Of a DNA stretch of 64,000 nucleotides, positions 60,475 through 64,000 are shown piece after piece (the first letter of the stretch is position 1; every line of letters begins with the position of its first letter). A model generated the notes under the pieces. The model made no database searches and had not been told where the DNA came from. It worked only from the letters and a program-made list of their open reading frames with translations. The stretch lies in contig USFF01000003.1 in the NCBI GenBank assembly GCA_900553835.1, positions 4,183 through 68,182 on the forward strand, given 5' to 3'. The stretch is from an uncultured Mycoplasmatota bacterium (GTDB lineage: Bacteria > Bacillota_I > Bacilli_A > RF39 > UBA660). Both the position numbers and the translations under genes were made by a program.

Positions 60475-60558
60475 TAAAGTAGAATGACTACTTTCTTTTT
60501 TTATGTTGAAATTTTGCGTAAAAAGTGTTTATAATTATATTATGTTGGAGGAATGTAT

Positions 60559-61011
60559 ATGAAAATAGGAATTGCTTCTGATCATAGAGGTTATAAGGCT
60601 AAAGAAAAATTAAAGAAATATTTAATTAGAAAGAACATTGAGTTTATTGATTATGGAACATTATCGAGTGAAAGTGTTGATTATCCAGAATATGCTCTTG
60701 AAGTTTGTAAAGCAGTTTTAAATGAGGATGTTGAACTCGGGGTTTTAATATGTGGAACTGGAATTGGGATGAGCATTGCGGCTAATAAAGTTAAAGGTAT
60801 AATGTGTGCTAAAGTTGATTGTTATGAGGAAGCTAAACTAGCTAGAGAACATAATCATGCAAATGTTATAAGTTTTTCGTCAGAGTTATTTACTTCTGAA
60901 ATGAAAGACATTATTGATGCATTTTTAAAAGCTAAACCTCTTGAAGAAGAAAGGTATTTAAGAAGAATTGATGAAATAAAAGCAATTGAAAAGAAAAAAA
61001 ACTATAAATAA
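60559..61011 (+). CDS. rpiB: Ribose-5-phosphate isomerase B
   Basis: MKIGIASDHRGY N-terminus and the LICGTGIGMSIAANK active-site region. Confidence 0.85.
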   Translation: MKIGIASDHRGYKAKEKLKKYLIRKNIEFIDYGTLSSESVDYPEYALEVCKAVLNEDVELGVLICGTGIGMSIAANKVKGIMCAKVDCYEEAKLAREHNHANVISFSSELFTSEMKDIIDAFLKAKPLEEERYLRRIDEIKAIEKKKNYK

Positions 61012-61058
61012 TAATGTGTTTTATGCATATTATTATTATTTTTGCATAAAATTTAGTA

Positions 61059-61951
61059 TGAAAAAATATATTATTATAATACCTTTGTTAATTATTCTTT
61101 ATTTTTTAACTTTAAAGGATAATTCTATAGAACAAGAAAATATAACAAATAAAGATGTTTTTTTAGTTAGTGTAAGTTATGAAGGTAACATTTATAAAAT
61201 GCCCTTTAATGATTACCTTATTGGTGTTGTTTCATGTGAGATGCCTGCACTTTTTGATGATGAAGCATTGAAAGCAGGCGCAGTTGCAGCAAGGACTTTT
61301 TATATGTACAATTATTTAAATATTTCAAATTATTTAGCTAATTCTAGTGATCAATGTTTTATAAACGAAGATGTAATGAAAAAGAACTGGGGTAATAATT
61401 TTGATGAGTATTATAATAAAATTAAAAATGCTGTTGTATCTACTAATGATGAAGTTATAATGTTTAATAATGAGATTATTCATTCTTATTATTTTAGTAT
61501 GTCAAATGGGTTTACAGAGGATGCCTCCTATGTATTTAATGAATCAAAGCCGTACTTAGTAAGTGTGAGTTCAGCATGGGAAAAAAGTTTAAAAACATAT
61601 GAAAAAGAATTATTCGTTTCAAAAGAAGAAATTAAAAGTAAGTTAAATTTATCTACCAATGATTTTGATATAGCTATTAAGTCTAGGTACGAAAGTGGAA
61701 GAGTGAATGAAGTAGAAGTGTTAGGAAAAGTATATTCAGGAATTTTTTTTAGAAAGTTATTTGGACTTAGGAGTGCAGATTTTGATGTGACAAAAAAACA
61801 AGATGGTTTTGTTTTTACAACCAGAGGTTATGGTCATGGTGTTGGTATGAGTCAGTATGGCGCTAATATGATGGCTAAAGAAGGATATTTATATGATGAA
61901 ATATTAAGTTATTATTATAAAGGTACTAATTTATCAAAAAATAGTGTATAA
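61059..61951 (+). CDS. spoIID: Stage II sporulation protein D (SpoIID, lytic transglycosylase)
   Basis: Start set at MKKYIIIIPLL. SpoIID motif EALKAGAVAARTF and a conserved C-terminal region. Confidence 0.75.
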
Positions 61952-61993
61952 TTTTTATTCTTTTGTTCACATTACTAGTAGGAGAGTGAACAA

Positions 61994-62647
61994 ATGAAAA
62001 ATGGTGTAAAAAAATTATTTGTACCTGCAGTTTATTTAATAGCTGTTTTAAGTGTAATTGGATGTATTGTACTAACGATAACTAGTATTAATAAGTATTT
62101 AACTAAAGAGGAAAAGATAAATTATTCGGTTGATGGAATAATTAAGTCTGATACTGTTCCAGTTAATAAAAACCAAGATGGTAATGTTACGACTGATGAA
62201 GAATTAATAATAAGACCTTATAAGTCAGATAAAGTAAGCATAGGTAGATATTTTTATGATTTTGAGGCTGAAGCAAAGGATCAAGAAAACGCGATTATTT
62301 TCTATGAAAATACTTATATGCAAAATTCAGGTGTAGACTATATAAGTGATGAAGCATTTGATGTTATATGTGTTCTTGATGGTAAGGTGTTAAATGTTGA
62401 TTATAATGAGGTATTAGGTAATATTGTTAAAGTTGAACATGAAAAAGATATAGTTACTGTGTATCAAGGAATTGATAAAACAGACCTTAAAGTTGGTGAT
62501 ACTTTAAAACAAGGAGATATAATTGGAAAAAGTTCTACGTCTTTAGTTAATTCAAAGTACCCAAATTCATTACATTTTGAAGTTTATTATAAAGGTGCAT
62601 TAATTGATCCAGAAAATTTTTATACTTTAAAATTAGCAGATTTATAG
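61994..62647 (+). CDS. Membrane-anchored protein with a degenerate M23/LytM domain (SpoIIQ-like)
   Basis: N-terminal TM segment. The C-terminal M23-like domain has only one His of the HxH motif (SLHFEV). Adjacent to spoIID, as spoIIQ is in C. difficile. Confidence 0.5.
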   Translation: MKNGVKKLFVPAVYLIAVLSVIGCIVLTITSINKYLTKEEKINYSVDGIIKSDTVPVNKNQDGNVTTDEELIIRPYKSDKVSIGRYFYDFEAEAKDQENAIIFYENTYMQNSGVDYISDEAFDVICVLDGKVLNVDYNEVLGNIVKVEHEKDIVTVYQGIDKTDLKVGDTLKQGDIIGKSSTSLVNSKYPNSLHFEVYYKGALIDPENFYTLKLADL

Positions 62648-62648
62648 G

Positions 62649-62678
62649 AAAAACCGGCAAAAAGTCGGCTTTTTTTTG
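62649..62678 (+). terminator. Rho-independent terminator (CCGGC-AAAAA-GTCGG followed by T8)
   Basis: GC-rich stem and U-tract immediately after the stop of the SpoIIQ-like gene. Confidence 0.6.
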
Positions 62679-62761
62679 TAAAAAATGCAAAACCGGCACT
62701 ATGGCGCCCTGTTTTATTTGTCAAAATGTGGTAATATTAAAAGTAATGGTGGAGTGATGAA

Positions 62762-63472
62762 ATGATAAATTTTGTAATAGTAGAGGATAATCCTTTACAT
62801 CTTAAAAAGACTGAGTCATATATTGTTAAGTATATGATGCAAAATACACTTGAGTTTGAAGTAATTAAATTTGACAAACTAAGTGAAAAATTATTTAAAT
62901 ATGTTTCTAATACTGAAAATAATAATATTTACATATTAGATTATGAATTAGGTAATGGTATTGCACTTGATGTTGCAAGAAAAATTAGAAAGTATGAGTG
63001 GAGAAGTCCTATAATTATTTTTACTGTTAATGGAGGAGGTATGGCGCTTAGCTCATTTAAACAAAGATTACAAATACTAGATTTTATTAATAAGCGTACT
63101 GAGCCTGAAAAAAATCTGTTTGAATTATTTGATATTTGTTTGAGACAACTTAATGTAAGTAAAAATTTTAAATACTCTGTTGGTTCTAGTACTTTTACAA
63201 TTGATTATAATAGTATCCTATATGTTTATAAAGATACTGTTGATAGAAAGACAGTAGTTGTAACTGATAATGATGAGTTTGTTTTAAATATTACTTTGAG
63301 TAAAGCTAAAAGTTTATTAAGTAATGATTTTGTAACTACTCATAAATCTTATATTGTTAATTTAAGAAGAGTTGTTAAGCTAGATTGGAAGGAATGCACT
63401 GTTACATTTGATAATGGTACAGTTGAACCTTTGTTATCTAGAACTCACAAGAAGGAGTTGTCAGGAAAATGA
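62762..63472 (+). CDS. LytTR-family response regulator (AgrA/ComE-like)
   Basis: Receiver-like N-terminus (VEDN ... ILDYEL) and C-terminal LytTR DNA-binding domain (HKSYIVNLRRV). Confidence 0.75.
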   Translation: MINFVIVEDNPLHLKKTESYIVKYMMQNTLEFEVIKFDKLSEKLFKYVSNTENNNIYILDYELGNGIALDVARKIRKYEWRSPIIIFTVNGGGMALSSFKQRLQILDFINKRTEPEKNLFELFDICLRQLNVSKNFKYSVGSSTFTIDYNSILYVYKDTVDRKTVVVTDNDEFVLNITLSKAKSLLSNDFVTTHKSYIVNLRRVVKLDWKECTVTFDNGTVEPLLSRTHKKELSGK

Positions 63473-64000
63473 AATATTTAGGTTTACTATCGTGTTTTGT
63501 TGGTATTGTAATACATTCATTTGCATTAAATTATTGTTATAAACAAGTTACTAGTACAAAAGCAATTAAAAAGAACCCTTTTTATTATCTTTGTATATTG
63601 CTATTAAGTTTAATTATATTTGCGATTAATATGTTTGTTGATTATAAGTTTAGAATATTTTTCTTCTATTTAATTCTAGTTTTATTTTATAAAGTACTTT
63701 ATAAAGAGAGCACTTTTATAACTTTATTTAAAACTTTAATGATTTATATTATTTTAGTAATTTGTGACTTTTTGATTTCACTTATAATAATGTTGATACC
63801 TGGAATTACTACTATAGATATTGAATATATGAATTTTATAAAAGGCTTAAGTACTTTATTGGATTCTGTTAGTTTATTTTTGGTTTTCAAAATTAAATAT
63901 CTTATAAATATTTTAAACAAAGTATTTGCTATTGTTAGTGAGAGAAGAAAACATATTTATACAGCATTATCTTTTCTATCGTTTGTAGCACTTTATACGT
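63469..64000 (+). CDS. 3'-truncated polytopic membrane protein, probable cognate sensor kinase (AgrC/ComD-like N-terminal domain); runs off the window
   Basis: Overlapping ATGA start; at least five hydrophobic helices. Not in the ORF track because the ORF is open-ended. Confidence 0.4.
   Translation, partial: MKYLGLLSCFVGIVIHSFALNYCYKQVTSTKAIKKNPFYYLCILLLSLIIFAINMFVDYKFRIFFFYLILVLFYKVLYKESTFITLFKTLMIYIILVICDFLISLIIMLIPGITTIDIEYMNFIKGLSTLLDSVSLFLVFKIKYLINILNKVFAIVSERRKHIYTALSFLSFVALYT

Noticed and set aside
61030-61058. SigE-like promoter (ATATT-N14-CATAAAAT) immediately upstream of spoIID
   Set aside because: The -10 element would sit only 2-3 nt from the start codon, leaving no 5'UTR or RBS. 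A chance match in AT-rich DNA.
62685-62765. 26-codon ORF (MQNRHYGALFYLSKCGNIKSNGGVMK) upstream of the LytTR regulator as an AgrD-like autoinducing peptide precursor
   Set aside because: No ribosome-binding site, no agrB-like processing gene, and it sits inside a terminator and GC-rich hairpin region. Most likely non-coding.

Overview
This is a very AT-rich (roughly 25-28% GC by eye) Firmicutes chromosomal window centred on the replication origin. The origin-proximal block runs jag-yidC-rnpA-rpmH (minus strand) | DnaA-box cluster | dnaA-dnaN-[comK-like]-recF-gyrB-gyrA (plus strand). Gene orientation switches at about 39.0-39.3 kb, as expected for oriC.

Left of oriC, all on the minus strand: gpmI-spo0A-tpi-pgk-hypothetical-gap, clpP (plus strand), whiA-envC-like-ftsX-ftsE, rlmH, walJ-like, a LysM/M23 peptidase, dnaB-rplI, dacB-like, prfB (plus strand, with the classic +1 frameshift), murA, spoIIR, prmC-prfA, rpoE, a class A PBP, noc-rsmG-mnmG-mnmE.

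Right of gyrA: tadA-dnaX-ybaB-recR-bofA-holB-ricT(yaaT)-methyltransferase-rsmI-pth-mfd, ppa (minus strand), spoVT, rpmE, rpiB, spoIID-spoIIQ-like, then a LytTR response regulator plus a truncated membrane sensor.

No rRNA, tRNA, CRISPR or transposase genes were seen.

Main observations:
- A dense array of five parS (ParB/Spo0J centromere) palindromes sits in the roughly 700-bp non-coding gap after gyrA. Their flanks covary to preserve palindromy.
- A Noc-type ParB paralogue follows rsmG with no soj/spo0J beside it. Two perfect Noc-binding-site palindromes (TATTTCCCGGGAAATA) lie elsewhere in the window.
- A ComK-family gene is inserted between dnaN and recF, preceded by three Spo0A boxes phased at 10 bp.
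- spo0A and an unknown 197-aa gene are embedded in the glycolytic gap-pgk-tpi-gpmI cluster.
- A small (about 75 nt) SRP/4.5S-type RNA lies upstream of tadA.

The organism looks like an endospore-former with mixed Bacilli-like (noc, comK) and Clostridia-like (spoIIQ next to spoIID) features, possibly an Erysipelotrichia-like lineage. That placement is inference only.
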